64,000 nucleotides of DNA from Octopus bimaculoides (lineage: Eukaryota). The stretch spans positions 84,424,184 through 84,488,183 of the forward strand of contig NC_068984.1 in the NCBI RefSeq assembly GCF_001194135.2, written 5' to 3'. Position 1 is the first letter of the stretch, and every line of letters begins with the position of its first letter. Positions 34,722-46,862 of the stretch are shown here, piece after piece. A program made the position numbers and the translations under genes. Under the pieces are notes generated by a model. The model did not search any database. It saw nothing but the letters and a program-made list of their open reading frames with translations, and had not been told where the DNA came from.

Positions 34722-37700
34722 CTGTTATAGACCATGTAGATGTTATAGTTACGTAGTCACAGCACACACACAACACATACACACACAAAAATATATGGAA
34801 ACATTCAAAAGGAAACGCAGTTTAACCCTTTAAGGATAGCCATAGTTTAATTTCTGACACTTAGGACCAGACTCTTTATTCTTGCACATATTCAAACCGA
34901 ACATCAATTACATCAATGTTAACAATCTGGAAGGAACTGCAGAGATTACAGGCAGTTCCCCCTCTGACTCACTGATTAATTTACAAAATATAAAGAACTT
35001 AGTCTTAAGACATGGTTCATTGTCATGGTACATTACAAAAACAACAATAGAAAATAATACCTCTCTTAAACAATTTAAAAAAATGTACACCTCAACAACT
35101 GCATTAAAGATGGTGAAATTGCAACCATCATTGAAGTAGTTTTTTTTTTTTCTTTATTATTATTATTGAAGATTTTAGTCTGGTAGAAACAAACAAAACA
35201 TTTGTTTATTATACCAGTGAGCTATATTACCTCCATATAAATATGCCCATGAGAGAGCCTTTACATGGCCACTTGACATACTAGAAACATCAGTCAAATC
35301 TTCCACCAATCAAACCCCTATTGTCTTAAAAGGGGAAGGATATACACTGCTTTGGAGGAAAAAAGTGGGGTTAAATAGGCTGGCTGGATTGGCAACATGT
35401 AATAATTTATATAACTAACCAAACAAATCTATTCAGAGACACGAATTATCATTGTTTATATTGCTTAAATTGACTCATGTTGATGTATTGTACAAGTCTT
35501 CTTAACCATGGCTATCCTTTAAAGATTAATTAAGTAATACTGGTAATAAACAAATACCACTAACAAACAAGTGATATAAATAACAGTAACAAAATAGTTA
35601 TACATTTCTGAAATTACATCAAAAACTAGAATTTAAAATATAACAAAAACAAGCAAAACTGTCTCAATGAAAAAAAAATGCTTTAAACAGCTGTAAAACA
35701 TTGAGTTTAAGTATGTGCATACACAAATTTTATATATATATATATTATATATTATATTATATATTGTATATTCCATATTCTATACCCCACATTAGTTCTG
35801 CAGGAATATAAATAAAACATAAAAAACAGACAGTGTTGGAACTCTTTTAAGCAAAATAATATATTCCTCTATACACAATCATACAAAAAAATCCACCTTT
35901 TTTTGTATTTATTTTTACTCGCATATATATATATATATATATATATAGTAGGGTCTCCATATGTGAACATAATTTGTTCTAGAGTCATATTTGTCAACCA
36001 AATTATTCAATACATGAGTAACTGAAATACATATAAATAGAGATAATCTTTCTAAGTCAAACCCAAACATCACACAAAAGCATAAATGATGTTTTATTTA
36101 TCCATTCTGATCCAAGATTATGTTTTTAGTAAGACATATGAGAAATATTTTCTTTAAAAAATATGAACATCTGTAAGCTACATGAAATGCATGCATGCAT
36201 TAGTCTACGAGTGGTTTGCAGTTCAAATTTCAGCTCATTGGCTGAATAAAATTTTTTTCAGAAAAACTGTTCGCCATACAAGTTGTAGATTTCACTTATA
36301 CTCTCCTAGCATGTAAATACATGCATAGTCTACTCTTAGTTCAAGTTTCAGTTTATGCGGAGTTTCATTTTCTTCAGAAAAACCATTTGTTATTTAATTT
36401 GTTTGTTTAGAGAACTGTTCATATACAGGTACCCCAGTGTGTGTGTGTGTGTGTGTGTGTACATACACACACACACACCACATACATAATTTTACAGCTG
36501 AATAAAGTATACATTACATTCTCTCTCACACACATACATAAAGTGAATATGTTTACAGTTTTAAAAGATTTTATAAGAAACTCTATATTAAATACCTCAA
36601 GAGAACCAAGTATCACAATGAAATACATGTAATTAAAAAAGTAGAATGTGCAATAAGAATAAGACTTGACTGTGTTCAATAAATTACTTATTGGCAGAAG
36701 ATAGTAGTAACTAATGCTGTCAACACAAAGATAATGATTACAAGCAGGTTGGACTGGAAGGAAACAATGATTGTTTAAGGAGTGGTACATAATTCTTCAG
36801 AGTAATAGTATATGTCAGATCAAAACTTCAGTTTAATAAGTGTGGGAATGGGACCAAGACAATAAATTGGAGAAACAATGTGCATGAGCATGAGAAGGAA
36901 TTTCCAGAAATGTGAACTCAAAAATAAGTGGTTAAGGTGCTGTTATTGCCTTAAAGGAACCATGGAGAGTGGAGTGAGCTGAAGAAGTTTTGATTGATGT
37001 GTTGTTAAATGGATGAACTACCTACACAAGTGTTATACATTAAAACTGAGTTAATGCTATTTTCTTAAGTCATCTCTCACTTTTCTCATGCATACAAACA
37101 GAGCAGATTAGAAAAAATAGTTAACCATAAAGAATGAAAAGCACCAACAATACATAAAGGAGTTTGGATTTGAAGATTTCTGAAATTCATGTAGAAATGA
37201 AACTAAGGATATAAGACAGATTTTAAGATATCATGAAGGAAAGAAAAATGGCATTGGATATATAAAGAAAATAGCAAATGAGATCCATACTATTCTCCAA
37301 TTGAGAAAAATGCAAACAGCAATGGAAGAGTCTAAGGAAGCTAGCTTAACTCCTATTTAAAGGATGACATATTTTACATTTTACATTAGAATTTATGGAA
37401 TATTAATATTTAACAACAAGGGTTAGAAGTAGACACCTCATCAACTGTGATTTTATGGATTTTAACAAAAAAAAAAAAAAAAAAAAAAAAAAGTTTGACT
37501 TGTTGATAAAGATAGAAATTTTCAATCAAATTTTAAGGAGCAGCAGGTTTCCAATATTAAATCTTACAATAACAGGACTAATAAACACAAATCCATGTTG
37601 TCTGAAGGTTAATGCAACAAGATTTCATCAAACTTAAGAGGCCAAATTTAAAGAAGAAATAATAGTTGAGTAAAAGAGAATCAAATATTGATTTTATAGT

Positions 37701-38677
37701 CAATTAATGAGCAGATGTTGAGTACTGAACAACTGCTTGTCTCAGAACCAATAAAAGTAACATGCTGTAAAACAGCCGATTTTGTTAGAGTGAGCACACT
37801 CACATAATAGATCTATCTACTCAGAGTTAATAAACTCCATCCAGTAGCAACAAAGATATCAACAATAGGTTTTGGTCATATTGGGAGTTTCTGTGTGATC
37901 ATGTGATAATAGCAGTAGAGTTGCTCTCAAATCACACTGTCTTAATAAGAAAGAACATAGTGAAGAATGTAGACAGAGATGGTCATAGCTGGATCACCTT
38001 TAATTATAAGGTTGCTCAAAAAGTGCTAACTTGAAACTAAACAATAACAATAGATCTTAAGATAAAAATAATTTACTGAAAAAAAAAAAAGCCTAATCTT
38101 CCTCTAAATTTACACATATTTTTAATTTAACATTCTGGAACAAAAACAAGTGTTTAGAGTTTAACAACATTGAACAATAAAAAATGTAATGTCAGTTATA
38201 AACACATACACAAATACATACAAACATATATATGCATGTGTGTCTTCAAACATTAAAAGCACACAGTACTCACCAATAATTGAAATAAAAGGGGAGGAAA
38301 ACAAAGAGCAAGAAGGAAAGCAACAACCAGTTATATATAGAAATGCATGAACAGGCAATGATAATACTACAATAATTTGGAAATAAATCAGAGCTTAGAA
38401 AGTGTTCTTAACATCTAATCTTACAGATTGCTAAATTGTAAATAAACAGGGACAGCTGTTATTTTAAGTGTGTGTATTGGGTACCATACACACATCTATG
38501 TGTACATATATATATATACACACACACATAGATATGATCAATGGCAGAATCATTAGAGCATCAGAAAAAATGCTTTCAATATTTGTTAAAGTTCTTTACA
38601 TTCTACATTTAAATTTCACCAAATAAATTCTATCTTTCAGTATATAGGCACCAGTCTCTATTATGTACTGACAGCAA

Positions 38678-38743
38678 GTTACCTGAATGAAGTTAAAGAC
38701 AACATCAGACTACTGATGTTGTCTTTAACTTCATTCAGGTAAC
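38678..38743. repeat. Perfect 31-bp inverted repeat with 4-nt loop
   Basis: gttacctgaatgaagttaaagacaacatcag-acta-ctgatgttgtctttaacttcattcaggtaac. Confidence 0.95.
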
Positions 38744-41700
38744 TCCTGCGACAATATTGGTACCAAGCTGTACTGGCCCTTGTCTTTCCTTTGGACAATA
38801 TCAGTGATATGGAGAGGGACGACCAGTTGCAGAGACAACTGCTGGTCTTCCTTACAATCTTGCCCAGGCCTGTACTCTTGAAAACACACACTTATGTTAC
38901 TTCACTGCATTCTATCAATGGAGGCTGAAGCAAGACATTCCAGATTCAGGTTCTTGGTCTTATAAAACATACAAATACCAAAGAAGAGAGGATATACTAA
39001 TCAGAAGTGATTACATTATGTCAAATTGTAGTACTTACATATGTCTATTACTTAACATTGATTTTACATATAACCTTTTTTTCATTCTCAAACTATTATA
39101 AATATTCTCATGTTTTATAGTTTAGAAATGAACTTCAATTGTTAGAGTATCTTTATTTGCAACAGACACATAACATGGAGACAGCATTCGTGTACTATAT
39201 GCATCACTCTCCTTATTGTTTAACATCAAGCCCACTCATAAGCAGACCTATAATCAAAGATGTTCCAAATGTGAACATCCTGTCCTTTATCCAGACAGTA
39301 TACCTAACTCAAAGTATCCTACAGGGTAGAATGCAATTTGGGATTTGGCTGCTATATCTATTTAGCTCTCATCCCTCTCCATGCTCTAAAACTATAGCAG
39401 AAGTCACATTTGCCATTATAAGCTAACAAACATTCAGGTATTATAAATTACTAACAATGCTATCTGTTGATTCTTGGAGTATGTTTACAGCTAATTAGCC
39501 TGATACCAGGAAACCAAGTTCTATGTGTTCAATGGTCAGCAATTTAACAGCCACTCCACCCACCTTTACAGTGTATGAGGTGAGTGTGTGAGCATCCAGT
39601 GGATTCATTATTTATTTGCTGTGTTTGGAGGAAGAAGTGATGTCCATGACCTTTGCAGGCTCCCTGAGACTAATGAGCTTCATGTCTTTATTGTTCTATT
39701 TAGACTACTGCAGATCAACAACATCTGCAGGAAATACATGGGCAGAGAGAAGATTCTTGAAGGCTGATGTCCTAAAAAGGAAGGACTGAGCATAGAGGTT
39801 AATGTGTAGTTGGAAGGGAGGTTAAATGTGTAACAAGGGTGATGAGATACGGAGGGATGAGTGGGTTGGGGTGCCTGAGTGGCAGAGGTACAAGACAAAC
39901 CAGCTCTGAAGAACAGAGTAGTGATAGAAGAGACAGACAGAGGAGAGAGAGTATGCCTGTGCACTAGAGGTTGGAATGTGTTTGTGAATGATTGAATGCA
40001 AATCAGTTAAGTGGCCTGACCAAAAATAAAATCTGTCAAAGAGCTGAAGAACCAAGAGAGAAGTCAACAGCCAACCATACTTGAGGAATATATGGATGCA
40101 CCAAGGTGTTTGGCTATTAAAATAGACATTGTTGTACAACTAAGACTTCCTTGGGAATGTATATTTTGGATGGATGTATCGATGGACTGGATCAAGAAGA
40201 ATCAAGTTTTGGCTACGCAAATGTTTCAATGTCAGTTCTGAGATACAAACTGCTGATTAATTTTAGCATCAATTTGTCCAGCTGTGACAATTTTGAAGTC
40301 ACACACATACTAATTACAACTTAACTTAGGATATATACACAACAGACGGTGCAAAAATAAAGTTGTATGTTGCTGGTAGATATTTAAGAACCAATATACT
40401 GGAGCGAGAATGTACAACAGGAGGTGGTGGATGATTGAACCAGTAGAGAATTAGACCACATATCATATGGTTCTGGAGCTGATAAAAAAAGTACTGGACA
40501 AAATCCTTAAAAGGGATGCAGAAGCAACATGTCTAAGAATGAGCCAACAAAAGAGCCCTTTCCTAGTTGCTGGACTTGCTAGAAATAGCAGTGAAGTCTA
40601 CCTCAAATCACACACTAACATCTTGAAAAAATGACAATTTAGTCTTAGATATACTGTCTGAATAGAAGTTTGAGATAGTCACAGCAGAAATGTATGACCA
40701 TAGATCTGTCTGTCCTATAAATTCGCACTTGGAGTTAAATAACCCAATGATTGAATCAAGGTAAAGCAATAAAAAAAATATCAGAATTTGAACCAAATAT
40801 CACAGTCTGTTTTAACTAGCCAAAACTGGAATGTTTCAATAACAAAATATTAAAGAAATCAAAGCGTTCACTTTAATCAGCCACCCAATAGCAGCTTTCC
40901 ACTGGTTTTCCTCATAAAGATATAAGCTATAGATGGAATAAAAGATGTTTAACACTGATAACAAGACAAAGTGTATTTGTGTGTGAGTAATATCTTTTTT
41001 TTTACAACACTATTGTTAATTCTAGGTGCTTCAAATACCACATTTTTAGGGAAGAAACTGACAAAATTGAAAGCTTGGACAAGCTCTAAAGAGTCATTAC
41101 ATTTGAACAACATTACTACATGCATGCAACTATTATCTGGGGCAATTGCTGCAGAATTACTGACATTTAAATAATTTAAGCAAATTTAAATTATTTTTTT
41201 TTTACATCGAACATACTCCTTACCCTTAAAAAAGCTGAAAAAAATCCCCTTTTTTTGTTGCATATTGATATTTTAGGTTATAGAGAAACAAAACCGTTGT
41301 CACCACCATCAGTCAGCACACACCTTTTTCAGGACTTATAAAAGAGACATTTTGCTTTGTGCATTTGTATAGATATGGGTGTACACAAATGTTTAAAAGT
41401 TAGAAACTAGATATATTAAAAGAAAGAAAGACAGAAAGACAGCCACACACACACACACATAAAAAGAAAATTAATGNNNNNNNNNNNNNNNNNNNNNNNN
41501 NNNNNNNNNNNNNNNNNNNNNNNNNNNNNNNNNNNNNNNNNNNNNNNNNNNNNNNNNNNNNNNNNNNNNNNNNNNNNNNNNNNNNNNNNNNNNNNNNNNN
41601 NNNNNNNNNNNNNNNNNNNNNNNNNNNNNNNNNNNNNNNNNNNNNNNNNNNNNNNNNNNNNNNNNNNNNNNNNNNNNNNNNNNNNNNNNNNNNNNNNNNN

Positions 41701-42208
41701 NNNNNNNNNNNNNNNNNNNNNNNNNNNNNNNNNNNNNNNNNNNNNNNNNNNNNNNNNNNNNNNNNNNNNNNNNNNNNNNNNNNNNNNNNNNNNNNNNNNN
41801 NNNNNNNNNNNNNNNNNNNNNNNNNNNNNNNNNNNNNNNNNNNNNNNNNNNNNNNNNNNNNNNNNNNNNNNNNNNNNNNNNNNNNNNNNNNNNNNNNNNN
41901 NNNNNNNNNNNNNNNNNNNNNNNNNNNNNNNNNNNNNNNNNNNNNNNNNNNNNNNNNNNNNNNNNNNNNNNNNNNNNNNNNNNNNNNNNNNNNNNNNNNN
42001 NNNNNNNNNNNNNNNNNNNNNNNNNNNNNNNNNNNNNNNNNNNNNNNNNNNNNCTAAACACAGCTATATTTTTTTTAGAATAACAGGGAGAGCCAGTTCA
42101 CATGGCACCCACCCAAAAGATTGCATAATTATATTTTGTCTTCAATATTTTTTCTTATTCTTTGTTTTTTTTTTTTGTATTTTTTTTTTTACCCATTTTA
42201 CCAGTTAC

Positions 42209-42612
42209 CTGGACCTGGAGCCTGAACAGTTTCTCCTATGTGGCTGCCTCTTCTTCTTCTCATCTGACTGCCCTCTCTCTGATTCAATTTGTTGGTCTGA
42301 GGTGGCGCTGGATACTGAGGAAGACCGTGATCGAGATCTGGAAATGGACCGAGATTGCGAGCGCTGTGAGCTGGATCGTGATGAACGACTGGAAGATGAA
42401 GAAGGACTGCGAGAGTAGGACCGAGAACGACTCCGTGATCGGCTGCCTGAACCGGATGATGAACTGTAGCTGGATGCTGACTGAGAGGAAGACCGAGATG
42501 AACTAGACCGGGAACGAGATTTACGACTTTTTGATTTGTCATTCTCTTCTTCAGAGTCAACCAGTTTATATTTAGATAAATCACCATCTTCATCATCATC
42601 TTCCTCATCCTC
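42209..42612 (-). CDS. ZRANB2: ZRANB2 exon (acidic repeat and RS domain)
   Basis: caacAG acceptor and ag|GTAACT donor; 404 nt, phase 0 to 2. Reads EDEEDDDEDGDLSKYKLVDSEEE followed by an Arg/Ser-rich tract. Confidence 0.92.
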
Positions 42613-43897
42613 CTGTTGAAGATATTAAATAAAATTAAATAAATGAGAACAATGGAGCAAAGGTAGGTGTAATGATGTGGGGAAAAATTGATGGAGCAAA
42701 CAGTAGATAGGTAGAGTGTACAGGAGATAGATGATGGGAAAATATGAGTGTAGTGGAGAGGGGATGAGTGGAGGAGAGAGCAGATGAGTGAAAAGGAGAG
42801 AGAGACAAGAGAAAATGAAAAGGAGATGGAGCAAGTCTGTCTCTAGCTTTCTCTCTAAACCTCTCCAACCTTCCTTGTCCTACTGGGGTAGCCAAGTATT
42901 GCCTCTATAGTAAGACAACTATCTCTGTCCCTCTATCATAGTTTAACCTCTCACCTGGGGCAAGAAAACATGCAACAAAGACAGAACATACAGGGCAAAG
43001 GTGGAGAGAGAAACAAGGAATAAGTAATAAAGATCAACGTTTATGTATGTGTGTTTGTGTACATGTACATGTGTTTATACTTGTACTTTTCCAAAATTAC
43101 TATACTACAAGCAATGATGTTGCCATTTCCCCTATTGACAAATCATCCAATGGCTTTCAAACTTTAAAGACATATGGAATAATAGACCTCTTACTAGAAA
43201 AATAGATAAGAGTTAGGGACAAGAAAGGCATCTGGCTGTAAAAAATGCTTTAATAATAAATATTTTTCTAACCTATACAAAAACAGATATAAAAATAAAC
43301 AAAACATATTATATATATACATGCGCGCGCACACACACACATTTATATATCATCATCATCATGTCGTGCTTGAGAAGAAGACCCATCAAGCCAGATTGCA
43401 ATCGTGGCAGATACCGGTGTCGTGCTGGTGGCACGTAAAAGCACCTATTACACTCTCAGAGTGGTTGGCATTAGGAAGGGTATTCAGCCGTGGAAACCAT
43501 GCCAAATCAGACTGGAGTCTGTTGCAGCTTGCCAGCCCTGGTCAAACCATCCAACCCATGCAAGCATGGATAACAGATACTAAATGATGATGATCATCAT
43601 CATTGAAACTTGTGGCAGATTTTCTTGGGCTGGATGCTTTTCCTGACACCAACTATCATTGGCTTCGAAGTAAGGTAATACTTTTTCTGGTCCTTTAAAC
43701 AGCAATCAGTTCAACAGTCAGGCAGGTTTTCACAGAACACTTTAAACAAACAACACCATTTTGTATGAATGGTGTCTTTGTTTGCAGTTAGTAAGAAAAT
43801 GTCCAAAGAGGAAGTCAAAAATGCATCCACATACACCTAGGGCTAAAAATAAAAAAGAAAAACTACATAAAAACAATAAAAAGAGAGTGATATTTAC

Positions 43898-44068
43898 CTC
43901 AGAGTCCAGTTTGTACTTTGATACATCACCACCTCCATCCTCATCTTCTTCATCCTCTTCCTCCTCTTTATTGTCATCCTCATCAACACTATGAGCAGTA
44001 TCTTTTGGTATGGTTGTCTTATCTTTTTCATCATCAGCTTTTCGGAACTTTTTCTTTTTACGTCCAAA
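43898..44068 (-). CDS. ZRANB2: ZRANB2 exon (basic NLS-like segment and acidic region)
   Basis: 171 nt, phase 0 to 0. Reads FGRKKKKFRKADDEK...DVSKYKLDSE. The ORF track shows a different frame here. Confidence 0.93.
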
Positions 44069-44326
44069 CTAAAAATGGAGAAATAAATTGACATGAAGAG
44101 ATGTCAACAAACCATAGAAGCAACAAACAGAAAATAAAACTATCACCAGCACCTTACAATCTGACCAGAAAGGAAAGGAACAATCTGTAACTCATGTTTC
44201 TACCACAGTCAGAAAGGCAAAGTGATGTAAAAAAAAAAATGTTAAATTTGTAAAACTGACAATATATTTACGGAGATGTACTTGCATAGCAAGTGACCTG
44301 ATCTGAGATCGTGTGCTGGAACGAAA

Positions 44327-44614
44327 ACAATTGCAGCGTGGAAGGTGTTTATAAGCCATTTAAGAAACACACAAAAACCGTTAGATTCACTTAAACATTT
44401 AAATTTAATCTGCCAAAATATTTTCGTCGCTTTGAGACCGCGACCTGTTCACTGACAAAATACTGTGATGCAGCACAGAATTTTGTCAGTGAACAGGTCG
44501 CGGTCTCAAAGCGACGAAAATATTTTGGCAAATTAAATTTAAATGTTTAAGTGAATCTAACGGTTTTTGTGTGTTTCTTAAATGGCTTATAAACACCTTC
44601 CACGCTGCAATTGT
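44327..44614. repeat. Near-perfect inverted repeat, about 141-bp arms and 6-nt loop
   Basis: 44327-44467 is the reverse complement of 44474-44614, with 2 mismatches seen. Confidence 0.95.
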
Positions 44615-44949
44615 GACTATATTTATTAAGTCAGTAAATCTTAGTCTCAGATATACACACACAATCATTATCATCATCATTTAATGTTTATGTTCCAGGT
44701 TAGAATGAGCTGGACAGTTTGACAGTATCCAATGAGTCAAAGAACGACATTGTGCTCCAATCTCTGCTTTAGTATGGTTTCTACAGCTGGATGCCTTTTT
44801 TAATGCCAACCACCTTATAGCATTGTACTGGGTGCTTTTTTTAGTGCCTCTAGCAGGACTACAAACCCTAGGAGACGGAAATTGGAGTGGCTGGGATGGG
44901 AGATGGTGAGAGCATGGGCAAAGTTAAGAGAATTACTATCTTTGTTGGT

Positions 44950-45340
44950 AACAAAGGGCCTCTCTCTCAAAGTGAAAGGCAAATTGGATGATGCCTGAAT
45001 ATGTACAGCCATGCTACATGATAGTGATACATGGGCTGTGACTGCAGAGGACAGGCAAAGGCTTAAAAGAAATTAAGCCAGCATGCTTCACTGGATGTGC
45101 AATGTCAGTGTGCATATGTTTTAAGAAAAAGATTGGTTATAAGAGGCATCAGATGTAGTGTGCAAGAGAGATGACTGCACTGGTATTGTCATGTGATGTG
45201 TATGGATGATGACAGCTGCATAAAGAAGTATTGATCTCTAATTGTGGAGGGGACCTGAAGAAGAGATAGACCCAGGAAGATGACAAGTGACTTCTGGTGA
45301 TTTGCTGGGCTTGAGAAGACATGTCAAGCTAAGTGAAATC
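44950..45340 (+). mobile_element. RTE-type LINE 3' ORF relic
   Basis: LHWYCHVMCMDDDSCIKKY*SLIVEGT*RRDRPRK resembles LRWYGHVMRM...GRGRPRKTW. Confidence 0.65.
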
Positions 45341-46025
45341 ATGGCCATCCACACATACATGTTCTTTACAGCCATGTCCCCTACCACACACATACAATTA
45401 TCTGACCTCTGTCAAAACATTTTCCCAATACCTGCTGCATGCCCGTTAACTCTCTCTCTCTTATGTGCCTATCTGCCCATAACTCTCTCTCTCTCATGTG
45501 CCTATCTGCACACTTTCCATGCCCTCACACATCTTCCTTATTCCTGTCTCAGCCACTCCAATTTTCCTCACCTTCACTTGCTAGTCATGTCTTCCCCATA
45601 TCTAAACATACCCCTCTATTCTCTCTGTACTATTTATTCCCCACCACCACCACCACCATCACTGTTCTGTGTAAGTAGACCCCAATACATCTCCAAAACC
45701 ATCTGTCTCTTTATTTCTCTCTAAATTTCTCCCACTTTCTGTCTCTTACTGGATATTAGGAAGAGCATCCAGCCATAGGAACCATGCCAAAATAGACAGC
45801 TGGAGTGTGGTACAGCTCTCTGGGTTACCAGCTCCAATAAAACAGTTCAACCCATGCCAGCATGATAAACAGATGTTAAATGATGATTATATACACACAC
45901 ACACATTAACATGAAATATTCTATGCAATGCATGGAAATAAACATTCAGCAAAACTAACAGACAACAATAGTTTATAACGGACAAATGGACAGAGGCTGG
46001 TGCTGAACTATTAGTCCCAACTTAC

Positions 46026-46105
46026 TTCATCATATTCATCATCAGACTCATTCCTTTTGATGTATTCTACTACTTCATCTCTTTCCATATAACCACCACC
46101 ATAAC
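46026..46105 (-). CDS. ZRANB2: ZRANB2 exon
   Basis: 80 nt, phase 1 to 0, attcAG and GTAAGT. GYGGGYMERDEVVEYIKRNESDDEYDE corresponds to human GYGGGFNERENVEYIEREESDGEYDE. Confidence 0.95.
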
Positions 46106-46779
46106 CTGAATATTAAAAGAAAAAGGAAACAAAAACAGAGGTTAAATCATCGTTGCTGCCATCACAAACACATAATATACATGGTTGTGTGGTCAAAAAG
46201 TTTACTCTGCAACCATGTGTTTTGGGGTTCAACCCCACTATAAGACACACTGGACAAGTGTCTTCTACTATAGCCCCAGGTCAATCAAAGCTTTTTGAAT
46301 GAAACTGGTACAAGGAAACTCTTTACAGAAGCCTATTATGTGTATGTGTGCATTAGTTTATGTGCCTGCACAAGTGCACAACTGTTTATAATCTTTATTG
46401 ACATCATTTCCAGTTATTCTATGCTTTCAAAGATCAGAGGAATAAAAAAAAAAACTATTAAAAAATGGTTAATAAGGAGGGTGTCTAACCATAAAATGCT
46501 GCCTTAAGTAGTCCCTATTCAACCCATAATAGCATAGGAATATGGACATCAACTGAACAAACAAATTTGGGGGAAAGCTCTCCACCAGAGAAACTTCCTT
46601 TTCAAGGTACACTTCAATTTTAGCTTTTTTACTAAACTGATAAAATGACCCAGTTAGTTTTTTCAACTTCTAATAAAATGAAATTCTATTTGGAAAACAG
46701 AATTAAATAACTTACAAACGATACAGATTAATCAACAATAGAAAAAAAAACTGAATAAATAAATAAAAACCACACTTAC

Positions 46780-46862
46780 CCGTCCGTGGTTCAATCCTGC
46801 CATATTTCGGAGCATTGCACATGTTACAAGCTGTCCTTCGAGCCCAGTTCACATTACCACAA
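46780..46862 (-). CDS. ZRANB2: ZRANB2 exon (rest of RanBP2 zinc finger 2)
   Basis: 83 nt, phase 2 to 1, canonical AG and GTAAGT. Reads SCGNVNWARRTACNMCNAPKYGRIEPRTG. Confidence 0.95.

Noticed and set aside
36172-36390. Possible intronic H/ACA snoRNA (ANANNA and ACA boxes on the minus strand)
   Set aside because: The second hairpin would be about 125 nt, too long for a typical H/ACA RNA, and no convincing stems were seen. Kept only as the UGCAUG-bearing duplication.
41474-42418. Long ORFs spanning N runs (also at 4888, 11851 and 60237)
   Set aside because: Artefacts of translating assembly gaps. The real coding part here is the minus-strand ZRANB2 RS exon.
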